Shown here: positions 24,146 through 41,290 of the stretch, in pieces | How the letters are laid out: the number at the start of each line of letters is the position of its first letter | How positions within the stretch are numbered: the stretch's first letter is position 1 | Source: the human T2T-CHM13v2.0 reference genome, Homo sapiens | Assembly (NCBI RefSeq): GCF_009914755.1 | Contig: NC_060933.1 | Length of the DNA: 64,000 bases | Reading direction: 5' to 3' (one strand) | Translations under genes and position numbers: made by a program | Notes under the pieces: generated by a model | The model's database searches: none | What the model was told of the DNA's origin: nothing | The model's input: only the letters and a program-made list of their open reading frames with translations

Positions 24146-25090
24146 TTGACTTAATTTTTAGAACAGTTGTAGGTGTACAGAAAAATAGAGCAGAAGGCAT
24201 ATTGAGCTCTAATATCTGCCTCACACCACAGTACACACACTTCCTATATTATCATCTTGTTACTGTGGTACATTTGTTATGCTTGATGAGCCAATATTGA
24301 TATTATTAAGTTCATGGCTTATATTAAGATTCACTCTTTGTGTTCTACCATTTATGGGCTTCGACAAATGCTTAAGCACATATATCCACCATTATAGGGT
24401 CACACAGAAAAGTTTCACTGCCCTAAAAATCTTCTGTGTTCCACCTATTCATCCTTCCCTCTGCTCAAGCCCCTGGCAACTACTGAACTTTTTGTAATAC
24501 CATCTGCCTAGTTTTGCCTTTTCTAGTATTCCATATAATTGGAACTCTACACTATGTGGCCTTTTTTCATTGGCTTCTTTCACTTAGAAATACGTGTTTA
24601 AGATTCCTCCATGTCTTGTCATGCCTTGGTAGTTCATTTCTTTTTATTCCTCAAGAATATTCCATTGTATGAATGCTTCACAGTTAGTTTATCCATTTCC
24701 CTATTGCAGGATATCTTGGTTACTTCCAATCTTTGTTGGTTATGTATAAGTTGCTATAAACATTCATGTGCAGAATTTGAGTGGGTATAAGTTTTCAAGT
24801 CATTTGAGTATATACCAAAGAATGCAATTGCCAGATCATATGGTAAGCATATGTTTAGTTTTGCAGGAATTTGCAAAACTGCCTTCCACAGTGGCTTTAC
24901 CATTTTGCATTCCCAGCAGCAATCAATGAGAGTTCCTGTTGCTCCATATCCTCATCAGCATTTGTTGGTGTCAGCATTTGGATTTGAGCCAGTCTAATAG
25001 ATGTGTAATGGTATCTCATCATTGTTTTAATTTGAATTCCCTAGTGACATATGGTGTTGAGCATGTTTTCAGATGCTTATTTTTGCTATC
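24146..25090 (-). mobile_element. Old L1M (L1MC-like) 3' fragment
   Basis: Antisense L1 hallmarks such as ACCATTTTGCATTCCCAGCAGCAAT..GAGAGTTCCTGTTGCTCCATATCCTCATCAGCATTTG and GGTATCTCATCATTGTTTTAATTTG. Confidence 0.8.
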
Positions 25091-26402
25091 TATATAGCAA
25101 AGGGCAGATACAGACAGTGGACTGCAGGGAAAGAGCTTGCTATGATGATAGGAAGATGCAGACAGAGATGATCTCAGGGTTAACTGGGCATCAACTGTGC
25201 CTTCTCCTGTCACATAAAATGTGATCTACCTGAGTTTTGACTGGAAACACAGAATATCTGATTATCCATAAATATTTCTTACTGAGGCTTGAGGTTTATG
25301 TACGTTATGATCAAAAGGTGATATCACCCCAATATATAAGCAGGTTGGGGTACAACAGGGAATGACTGTTGGAGATGTTGAGAGTCTACATTGAATGGAT
25401 GGTGTCACTGGCTGCCCATATATTTCTCATTATGGACTTTAACCTTTCATTTGCCACATGAAAGGCCACTGAGATAGGCTAAATCACATTTTTCTCTTGG
25501 GGATCTCTGTTACTGAGAAATTTTTGCGTTCTGGGCTACACTGGGTTCATAATCTGACTATATATATATATTGTGTGTATGTTTGTTCCTTCCCTAAAAT
25601 GCTCAGTTCAGCTGCAGTTCTAGAGGCAAATACTACTAGGTTTCCATTTTAGAGAGTTGAAGATCTGAGGTCTGGAGAAGTTAGTGTGTAGAAAGTTATA
25701 TTTAACAAGTGGCAAGACCATGTGGCCAGGTCAGATAAGCTGCCTTCAGATTTTACTCTTGAACTTCTACTGGATAATGTATTTTTGTTATAGAAAAGAA
25801 AAGAGTGAACTTAGATTTTTTTTTCAAAATCATGGACTGTAAGAGTTCTTTCAAGATATGATGAAAAGCAATAATTGTCTCATTTTACATTACCTTTAAT
25901 TATTGCTCACCAATAATTGATTATTGAGGCAGCAACCTTTTACATTCCTCTCTGCTTTCTATGCATGAGGGGGCTTCACTGTAAATAAGAGGTCCAAGAT
26001 TCAGAAATATCTTTAACTTGCAATGCTTGATCACATATATCCATCTGAAAAACATTTTGCTCATTAGCCATATGGACTCATATGGCAAACTACAGCCAGA
26101 GACACAAAATGTGGAAAGAAGAAAGGGCTATCAGAACTCTCGTGTCTCCTTACATTTTGTATTTCTATTCATATGCATCTAGAATCAAAAGGAATTTGAG
26201 CAAATGGGAAATGCAAAGTCCTAATCAAAGCATACCCACATTTCGGTTATCTGCATTATTGCACATTTAAATTTATAATGCATACAAAGGATACAATTTA
26301 ATAGGTATAAAAATGTTAAGTAACCTTTTCTCTCATGCACCCCAGTCACTCAGTAGCTCACTTTAGAGGTGACATTTTAATTTTGTTGTGCATACTTTCA
26401 TA

Positions 26403-26782
<380 letters not shown>

Positions 26783-27544
26783 AGTTTTTTCTCTTTAAAA
26801 TAAATTTTATTTTGTATATTTAAGGTACACATATGATGTTATAGAATACATATACATAGTAAAAAGGTTACCATAGTGAAGCAAATTACCATATCTATCA
26901 CAGATACCCACATTTTTTGGTGTGGCAAGGGAAGGTAAAATCTTATTTAGCAGGAATCCCATATACAGTATAATTTTATTACCTATAGTCCTCATGTTGT
27001 ATATAGATGTATAGGATTGTTCATCCTACATATCTGCTACTGTGTATCTCTGACCCACATGTCCTTATTTCCTCCCTTCCTCTCTACCTGATAACCACTC
27101 TGTTGTTCTCTTTTTTTTTTTTAGGCAGAGTCTCACTCTGTTACCTCCCAAAAGTCCTGAGATTATAGGCGTGAGCCACCACACTTGGCTGCTTTCACCA
27201 TTTCAGACTTAACTTGGAGAAGAACCTGAGGAAAAACATGACTTTAAAATGTTTATGAATGGAGAAATCTCTTTCCATTCACCGTCCTTTCCTCCATTTC
27301 ATTCTTATTGTGAAATATGCAAACAAACATATGGATATATCAGTTATTAAATAAACGTCTGTGTGATACCTATCCAGGTGAAGAAATAGAGCACTATCAT
27401 CACCAAGAAGTCCTCTGTATGCCCCTAACTCATCCTAAAGTCTTCCTTCCCTTGTTAGTAACAGATATAACAGATACCCACATTACCTGTGGATATCTGC
27501 GTTTCTCTCCTTGGTTCTGTCTATAATTTTATTATGTATTTATT

Positions 27545-27805
27545 CTTTCTTTTCTTTTTTTTTTTTTTTTTGGAGATGGAGCCTTGCTCTGTCACCCAGG
27601 CTGGAGAATAGTGGCATGATTTTGACTCATTGCAAACTCCAACTCCCAGATTCAAGTGATTCTCATGCCTCAACCTCCCAAATACCTGGGATTACTGGCA
27701 TGGGCTATGTGTCACCACGCCTGGCTAATTTTTCTATTTTTAGTAGAGATGGGGTTTTACATGTTGGTCAGGCTGGTCTCGAACTCCTGACCTCAGTGCC
27801 TGGCC
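27545..27805 (-). mobile_element. Alu with an internal deletion near its 5' end
   Basis: Poly-T, then GGAGATGGAGCCTTGCTCTGTCACCCAGGCTGG...CTCCTGACCTCAG|TGCCTGGCC. Confidence 0.85.
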
Positions 27806-27977
27806 TTATTATGCATTTTTTGAAAGCCTAAAGTAAAGTCTGGTTTTGCCTGGTTTTTCTCTTACGTAATTGGAGTAAAAGTCTGTATCCTGCTGCATCT
27901 GGCTCCTTTTACTCAATATTAAGTATTTAATATTGACACTTAGCATTGTTTCTGCATTCTATTAAAACAGTACACCA

Positions 27978-28787
<810 letters not shown>

Positions 28788-29224
28788 TCATTTTTGTCAG
28801 TTACAAATGATGCTGTTGTGAACATTTGTGTATTTCTATTTGGTTACCATTAGTGTGTATAGTGTGTATAGTGAACAGTATAAAACAAGAGGTGAAACCA
28901 TAGGTTACAGGGTAAACATATCTTCCATTTTACTAGCTATTATTGGTTTTATCCCAATGTTAACACACCAACTGACAGTCTTACAATGTCTGATAATTCC
29001 CAAATCTTTGCATTCTTGTTGGTACTTAATTTTGTCAAAATTTTAATTTGAGTCTTTTGGTGGGTATGTGGCAATGATTGTGATATTAATTTACTGGGCC
29101 TTTTCTTCTCTGTAACTAGCCATGTCAAGATAGATGTGTGGTGTGGGAGGGGTAGGAGCCCCTAGAGGTGGCATGGGCTCTGGAATCCTTAATCATTCTA
29201 TGTGAAAAAGTTGGTGAGGCAGTG

Positions 29225-31098
<1,874 letters not shown>

Positions 31099-31634
31099 TG
31101 AAGCACTGTAAAATACTGCTGAGAATACAGATCACTAATATCATCATCATAGAGCGCAAAATAAGTTCTGGTATTATTAAGAAAATCATAGCTCTGACTA
31201 AAACATACATGGAAAACACATTCTATTAGTAATTAAATTATACTAATACTATTGACAATCACTTTTATAGCTGTCAATGTAAACTTAAAGACAAGAAATA
31301 AATTCATCACCAGAAAACATAAAACAAGTACTTAGCCTTACTGCTGAGAAGCCTGTAGTTGCCTTTTACTGAACGACACCTCAGTTCTTGGGATAAAGTT
31401 TGAAACAGCAACTGGAAGGACAGCTTGAAGTTTAAAATGGTTTTATTTTTAGGGTTGTCATGTTATAAAAGCTATTCTCACATAGCTAAGCTGTTGGAAA
31501 GAGACCAGGTTTTGTGAAGGTTTTTCATCAGGTGTTTCATATTGTCCTCACTGCAACCTCAAACAATGGCAAATGCTTCGTAAGCCACTGTAATGCTAAC
31601 TCAGCTGATAAAGTAATAAAACTCTGTTTCTTTA

Positions 31635-33251
<1,617 letters not shown>

Positions 33252-33408
33252 CTCTAAAATGTATAAAATCAACCTGAACTCCAACCACCTTGGGAACATT
33301 TTCTCAGGGTCTCCTGAGGAGGGCTGTCTCACAGGCCATGGTCACTCATATTTCGCTCAGAATAAATCTCTCCAAATATTTTACAGAGTTTGACTCTTTT
33401 ACTCAACA
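33252..33408 (+). mobile_element. MER4-family LTR 3' end
   Basis: GGCCATGGTCACTCATATTTCGCTCAGAATAAATCTCTCCAAATATTTTACAGAGTTTGACTCTTTT...CA. Confidence 0.75.
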
Positions 33409-36400
33409 CTGTTCAGTAACAAAAGAGAACAAACTATCAAGACACACAGCAACAGACAAATTTCAAAAACTTTACACTGAGTGAAAGAAGATAGACCCAA
33501 AGATTACATGTGCTATGGTTTCATTCATATGAAGTTCAAGAACTGGCAGAACTAACTTATGGTGACAGAAACCAAATCACCAGTTGCCTTAGGTTGCAGC
33601 AATACTGACTGGAAAGGGGCATGAGAGAAGTTTATGAGGTGAAAAAAATGTTTCGTGTTCAGATTAAGATGTGTGTCACATGGGTTTATACCTTTAATAT
33701 GTGTATATTTCCCTCTATACATTTAATTCCTCATAAAATAAAATAAAATAAAACTGAAGAGAAGTAAATAAGAGTACAATTTCTTTATCTTACTCTAAAG
33801 AGAAGGTTTGCCTCCAAAAGAGAAGCCCGAGAGGTTTGCTTTGAGCTATAACAAAAATAAGGTTTCTGAAGAAAGAAGAGACATCAGACAAAAAGTGGTT
33901 TCTCTACGAATTAAAAAAGAAGCAGAAATAGACAAAGAAAAATTGTTCTTGTGAATTTAGTGCATAGCAAAGTATTATTGTTTTCAGTGCTGAGTCTCTT
34001 TTCCCCTAAAACCTGGATATGCTGTATTCTTTAAGCAAATTTCAAGAAAGAAGTGAAAAATCTCATAGGAAGAAAGAAAGGAAAATCACTCTTTGAATAT
34101 ACACTAAAACCTGAATGTACAAATGGTACCTATGAGTGTACTAGGGAAAATGCACAATACACTTAAGTTGTTTAATTTGAATACAATATAATAAAAGAGC
34201 AATTTAAAAGCTGTAGATAGTGTATAGAGAAACCAAAAGGGATAATTCTGTATGTACCCTGCAACTGTTACCTTCTCTAGGCCTGAAGGGATGAAGGGCA
34301 GTATTAGTTATAGAAACTTGGAGACCAAAATGTCATGTGGAGATAACCACCTTCAAGACAGTGATCCAGGACATTGGTGAGAGATAAAAGCATATGGCTT
34401 AGAGAAGGAAGTTATAGAAAGAAGATTATTAGTGGAGACAAGACAAGACAGTGGGGAAGGAAAATGTTGAAAACAAAGAGCAGGGAAGAGTACAATAGTA
34501 TGTATGATGAGTTCAATCAGGCACTGGGGACAGGGAAGTGGGTGTGATTTTGTTTTATTTAACAACAAAATAGAGAAATGAAAGGCAATGAAGTGCACAG
34601 GAATAAGCTGGTTTCTACTGTGGGCAGCTAGGGTTCAGTCATGCTGGAGACTGTAAAAGATGTCGAACACAGCTTTATAATTGGCCACCTGAGGAATGAA
34701 GGAGCCATGTACATAGTAATTTCCTGATTTTATCTATGGACTAAAGGTTGTATTAACAGCAAAACCCACAGTTAATTTTGCACCATCCTAACACCTGGAG
34801 CCATTAACTTCCTGGCATTTCTTGTCTGCTAGGAACAATACTCAGAGAATGGCCTCAGGCTGAAAGATTTTGAGATAGAAAGCTCTTTAGAATATATGAG
34901 AACCATCAACTGAAGTTGCAGGTGATTTCCAGAGCAGCCTTTAGAGATAGGAGTGAAGAATGCATAGCTTCTGTTACAGGTAGTAATCAAGATACACAAA
35001 CTCTTCTGTGGACTTCTAAGGTGTAGGAGTTGATAACTTCTGAAAGCAAAGAAAAATGGCATAAAAATAAAACAGAATGTGATAAGGAATGACTAGAGGA
35101 TAGGCTATAGGAAAGAAGGAGAAAGAGGAAAGGTCAGTTTAGGTTCAGTTATTTAAGAAAATCTCTTTAAGGAGTAGGAATTTCAAACCAGTTTTGCAGA
35201 AACCTGGGGGTAGAACATTCCAAACAGAGTAAAATTGAAGAACAAAGACTCAGAGGCAGGCTCAATCTTGGCAATAGGCTCAACAATGAGACAAAAATAG
35301 CAGAATAATGAGGGGATACAGAGTGATAGGAGATGAAATGGGAGAGGGGTTCAGATTACATGAATTTTATAGGACTTGGTGATTTAGATTTTATTCCAGT
35401 ATGTTGAGATTCCGCAGATCATTTTAAGCAAAAAAAAGGCATGATCTTATTTATATTTTAAAATCAGTTGGGTATCTCTGTATAATATGGATTTTTATGG
35501 GGCAAGGAGGAAGGGAGTTGTTACAGGTACTTGAGAGGAAAGATGATGTTTGCTTGACTAGGTCGGTAGCAATAGAGGTGGGAAAAAGCAAGCAGATCAG
35601 ACTCACTTTTGGATCTTTAGTTCACTTAAAGTGTTGACACATTGGAGCATAAAAGATAAATATTTTACTTTTCATCCCTAAAAGGCAGAAAAATATAGGG
35701 GCAAAAAATGGAAAGTTGGAAGTTTAGGAAATGTGGTTTTTGACTTGACCTTTAACTCTTGCAGCTGTGTATGATCTTAGGGCGATCACAGAGCTGTTCT
35801 GGCTGTGGCTTCATTTCTGAAATGGCATTAACAATAACATTCCTGTAGCTGAGGTGTTAAAGATTAAAACTATAGAGGTAAAGCAGTCTTGAAAATTTCA
35901 ATGTAATACCTAAATTTAAGGTATTATCGGGATGCCCTAAGTTGCTTTTAAAAAATGCTATGTTATTACATGCTACTCTTTGATAACCTTTTATTTATGA
36001 TGATTAATGTAATTAGTGTGCTAATTTTCTACAGTTGCACCCTGGGGCAATCGTGCAACAGTTGTAATTTTAAAAGTTGGGCAAATAAGTAAATGTCAAT
36101 CTGTAATAAAATCCAAATGAGTCTGTGATGAATGTTGATGGTGACAGGTAATTTACCTGATAAAATATTGTAACTGCCCAAATACCTTGGAATAGCTGAT
36201 TTCTCAAAGTAAGTACCATGTTCTGCACAGTGAAGTGTCATCAGAGACAATTTTAACACACAGTGATCATTTTTAATTTGGTGATTTAAATATCATATTG
36301 ATTAATGAAATAGTCGTATTTTAATTCAGACTGTTAAGTTCAAAAGAGAGTCATTTATCACATACAATAGAGTGCACTGTTGTGTAATAATCGCTCATTT

Positions 36401-37214
36401 CTTACCTGTTTTTAACTACCATTTAAAAAATATGATTCCTTCTAATAAAGATAAAATCTTATGGGATTAAGTTAAAAAGCAATTGGACCCAGTCTCCTAC
36501 CTAGAACCTTATTGCTGTTAAGTCTAGGACATCTTTAAGAAGCCATCTTTACCTTGTTGTTTTCTGAGAGTCGTATGTTATGATTTCATTAGATCTGCAA
36601 ACAAACAACAGAAGCATACTACTGGGATGGTATTCTAACTTTTGCCATGATATTGTTCATCAAATTGTTAACTTTTGGTTAACTGTGTGTTTCTTTGTTT
36701 GCTTTGCTTTCCAAGAATATGTTTCATAGATACTATTAGTTCAAGAAAGCTGGGGAAAAGAAAAAAAAAACAAAGGTTAAGATTCTGACTAGAGAATGAA
36801 TTAGAGAAAGTCAAAGTAATTGCCTGGAAAAGATATATGGGAGGTTGGGTCAAGTTTAAAGTTTCAGAAGTAGACTTCGAGATAAGCATTTTTCTGGATA
36901 TTTGGAATTATCTCCTAAAGATATTATTCTTTGAAATATGACCAAAAACATATAGCCAAAGATCAATTTTGTTTTGGCAAATCCAGTCCAAGAAAATAAG
37001 TTACCTAAAGGCTCAGAAGTGCTTTGTCCTAGTTCTTTCTCAGGCTTTTTAATCATTAATCACAACTCTGTACCAATTATTGGTAAGTAATATATATAGA
37101 TTATCAGAGACTGCAGTTTCTGCCAGTGTGTCTGAATTAACCCTTTCAGTGTTTTGTGAACTTCAGTTGTAAAATATTAGCAGAATATAAAATAATTTTA
37201 AATTTTTAAAATTT

Positions 37215-40200
37215 TAAAGTAGGGAAACATTTGAGCAAACACTTCACCAAAGAAGATATGCAAATGGGCAGTAAGCATATGAAATGACCAACATTACTAT
37301 TCACTAGAAAAATGTAAATTAAATCCACAATGAGATGCCCCTACACATATGACTAAATTGGCTAAAATTTAAAAATTATAGACAACTGAAAGTATCAAGT
37401 GATAGTGAGGATGTGGACCACAAAACTCTCAATTTGCTAGAGGGGATGCAAAATGATACAGCAACTTTGGAAAACAGTTTGGAAGTTTCTTATCATTTTA
37501 AACATTCTCTTATATACAACCCAGAAAGTCCTCTCTTAAGAATTTACCCCCAAAAAAGGGAGCAAGGGAAGTTCATGTAAATCCCTCTATGTAAATTATT
37601 CACAATACCTTAAACCTAGAAACAACTCAAATGTACATCAATCAGCTAGTGATAAACAAAGTTTTCTATATAGAGATAGTAGGTTAACATTAGCAATTTA
37701 AAAAGAAGAAACTTAAAATCCATGAAAGAACATAATTTTGCAAAATACATGAAAGGCAATACACTGTTTCACTCCATTTATGTGATATTCTGGTAAAGGC
37801 AAAAGTATAGAGACAAATCAGATCAGTGGTTGCCAGGGTATATAAGTAGGGGTTGGAGACTTAATACAAAGGAAATTGAGGGAATTTATGGGGGTGATGG
37901 GAGTATTCTGTATATTGATTGCAGTGGTAGTTATATGATTATATACATTAATCAATAATGATCAAACTGTATATCTAAGAAGGGTAAATTCTAATGAATG
38001 TAATTTATCAATAAACATCAAACTGGATGTCTAAGAAGAGTAAATTCTAATGAATGTAAATTATACATCAATACATGTGATTTTTTAAAATTTATTTAAG
38101 GATATTATGAACAAATTTTGGCAACGATTTGAAAATTTAGAAAAAAATGGACAAATTCTAAGAAAAATACTACTTACTAAAGCAGACACTGGAAAAAAAC
38201 AAAATATGAGTAATCTGATTTACATTAATGAAATTAATTATTTAACATATTCAATTTTGGAATAGTCCATGCCAGGATTTGCCTGAAAATTCTTCTAAAG
38301 ATTTAATAATGGAATAGTAATTCTTTTATAACACTTAGAGTTCTGTAACACTTAGTTTCTGTAATTGCAGAAACCCTTTCAACACATTTTATGATGGCCA
38401 CATTATCTTGATAGGAAATCTTACAGGGCAGTACATGAAAGAAAAACACAATCCAGGCTTCATATACAAATTGAAGTAAAAATCTTATGTAAATATTTTT
38501 TAAACAAATTCAGTAGCATATTTTAAAAGTCTAATGTAGACTAACACACTTCCTTTAATTCCAGAAATGTAAGGATGTTTTAACGTTAAAAAATCAGTGA
38601 GTAGACTTTTTTGATTTTGATAATTATACTTTGGTTATAGGGAGATGTCCTTTTTTAGAAAGTCAAATTGATTCATTTGGGGGTATGTATTAGTCCGTTT
38701 TCATGCTGCTGATAAAGATAAACCCAAGACTGGGCAATTTACAAAAGAAAAGAGGTTTAATAGACTCACAGTTTCATGTAGCTAGGGAAGCCTCACAGTC
38801 ACGGCAGAAGGTGAAAGCCGTGTCTAGCATGGTGGCAGACAAGAGAAGAGAGCTTGTGCAGGGAAATTCCCCTGTATAAAATCATCAGATCTTTTGAGAC
38901 TTCTTTGCTATCATGAGAATCGCATGGGAAAGACGTTCCCCCATGATTCAATTACCTCTTACTGGGTCCCCTCCCACATATGTGGGAATTCAAGATGAGA
39001 TTTGGGTGGGGACACAGCGAAACCCTAACAGGGTAGAAGGGCAAATTTGACATATTAGTCTTAAATAATTAAAAAAAGAGAAGAATGAGAGAGGAGGAAA
39101 ATCATAAATAAATGGCGCAAAACATAAACAACTGGCGAATCTGAAAATCTCAGTAAAATACTTTGTGGTTTCTTATACTTTTCTTGCAAATTTCGTGTTT
39201 GAAAGGTTATCTTCCTTCTGCTCAAATTTGCCAAAAACATTTAAAAGTCTATTAGTGCAATCTACTACTGAATAAAAAGAAAAATCAGATGATTGTCTAA
39301 AATCTCTGATAATAGTATTTTTTAGAATTGAAAACCTCAGCAAACTGTAGCATTTTAATTGATAAACATAGTCTTCAAAAAAAGAAAAAAATCTGCAGCA
39401 AAATCCTTCATAATGTGAAATGTTAAACATTTTGTCTGCAAGATAAAATATGAGGCTAGATTACTTATTATCATTACTCCATCCCACTTTATTCTAATCC
39501 ATTCATAGCCAGTGCAAGATGGCAAGGAGTAAAGAATAAAGACCAGAAAGGTAAAATGCCACTCACATTTTCACACTATACATTTGTGTTTATGAAATGT
39601 CCAAGATAATTTTCTACTTAATTATTAGAATTAATATCACAGTTTTGTGTGGTTTCTGATATAAGATCAATATTTTAAAATGTGTATTTCTTTACACAAT
39701 AAATAGAAGATTAAAATATAAAAAAAGATACCCCTTTGAACAGCATCAAAACATCAAATACTTGAGATAAATTTAATTAAATATATGCAAAATCTCTACA
39801 GAACTATATAACTTTATTGGGTAACATTGAATGAAACCTAAATAAATCAAGAGATAGAATGTGTTCATAAATTGAAAACTTAAATTTATAAAGATGTCCA
39901 TTTTCCTAAATTCATCTGTTGATTACAATATTAATCATAGTTCCAAGAGGCTTCTTTATCTTCAAAAATTGACATGTGACTTCTAGAATTTAGATGACAA
40001 TGCAAAAAGCTAAGAACAGCTAACATCTCAAAAAAGAACAAAGTACTTACAGTCCCAGATATCAAGGCTATAATACAAACCATAGTAATGAAGAAAGGTA
40101 AATATCACAAGCATAGATAGACCAATATAACAGTATAGAATCTTGTATCGGTATGGAAAAAGGAATCTAGATTTTTACCTCCCTTCATTCACAAAACCAT

Positions 40201-41290
40201 TTCATTCACATAGATCTAAACAGGAATGGAAAAGCAATAATTTTATAAGATAATAAAGAATATCTTCAGGTCCTGGAAAGGCAAAGGTTTCTTAAGCAGG
40301 ATATGAAAAACATTAATGATTTCAACTGTATTAAAATTAAAAAGTGTTTTCTTCTCTAAAAAGGCACCAATAAGAGAGCAAAAGCAAGTGAAACTAGATT
40401 ATTTGTGGTTTATATAATTGACAAATGGCTTATATGCAGAATACATAAAAATTCAAACAATAAGAAGAGAGGCCACTCAATAGGAATATGGGCGATATTT
40501 TGAAAAAGCAGTTTACAAAAGAGGTTATACAAATATCTAATAAACGTTTTAAAAGACATCCAACCTCACTTGTCCTTAAATAATAATTAAGTCCATCGGG
40601 AGAAATACTATACATTCACTGGAAAAGTTAAAAGATAGAAAATAATTTAAAGTGTTGATGTGGTTTTGAAGCAACTGGAAATCTCTTATGCTATCAGGAT
40701 GAATTTCGAACAACCATTTTGGAAACAAATTTCATATTATCTACAACATTTGAACACATGCGTCCTGTATGATCCAATAATTTCATTTGTGGGTATGCAT
40801 TCAACAGAATTGTATGCACATATGCAGTAATAGAAACTTATAACAATGTTCACAAATTGATTATTTAGCCACAGAAGGAAAGCAATGTCTAGCAAGACAG
40901 GAAAGAATAAATAGTGCTGTATGAATAGATTGTACTACTTTACATCTATCAAAATGAATATGATAAAGATACACACAATAACATCTGTGAATTTTGATCA
41001 TAATTTTGAACAAGAGGAACAAATACAAAAACATTCTGTATTAGTCTATTTATAGGGGGTAAATTATTCTTTGCCATTTGACATCAGGAGAGTGGTTACA
41101 TTTTGGGAGAAGGGAGAGGGAAATAATGTGTTTGGGGCATGAGGAGCCTCCTATGTGTCCTTTGAGTGTTTCTTGACCCAGGTTGATAGTTTCATGGGTG
41201 TGTTCACTCTGAACTAATTCCTTGAGCTATACAATTATGATTTGCACAATTCAATTATATTATATTTCAGTGGAAGCTTATGAAAGAGAA
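37215..41290 (+). mobile_element. Degenerate old L1M fragments (ORF2 3' part and 3' UTR)
   Basis: A-rich sense-strand L1 motifs, including ACACTTCACCAAAGAAGATATGCAAATGG, AAATTAAATCCACAATGAGAT and CAACTTTGGAAAACAGTTTGG. Confidence 0.7.
38686..39030 (-). mobile_element. THE1 (MaLR) solo LTR
   Basis: TGTATTAGTCCGTTTTCATGCTGCTGATAAAGA...GATGAGATTTGGGTGGGGACACAG..CA, with a perfect 5-bp TSD GGGTA at 38681 and 39031. Confidence 0.92.

Noticed and set aside
25095-25500. Non-repetitive-looking stretch as a possible pseudogene exon
   Set aside because: I recognised no protein similarity or convincing splice-site pair. A BLAST search is needed.
31330-31625. Minus-strand frame LSAELALQWLTKHLPLFEVAVRTI and a GTAAGG donor-like site
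   Set aside because: The frame is short, interrupted by stops and not recognised as any gene.
37961-38074. ~56-bp tandem duplication
   Set aside because: An ordinary slippage duplication within an old L1 3' end.
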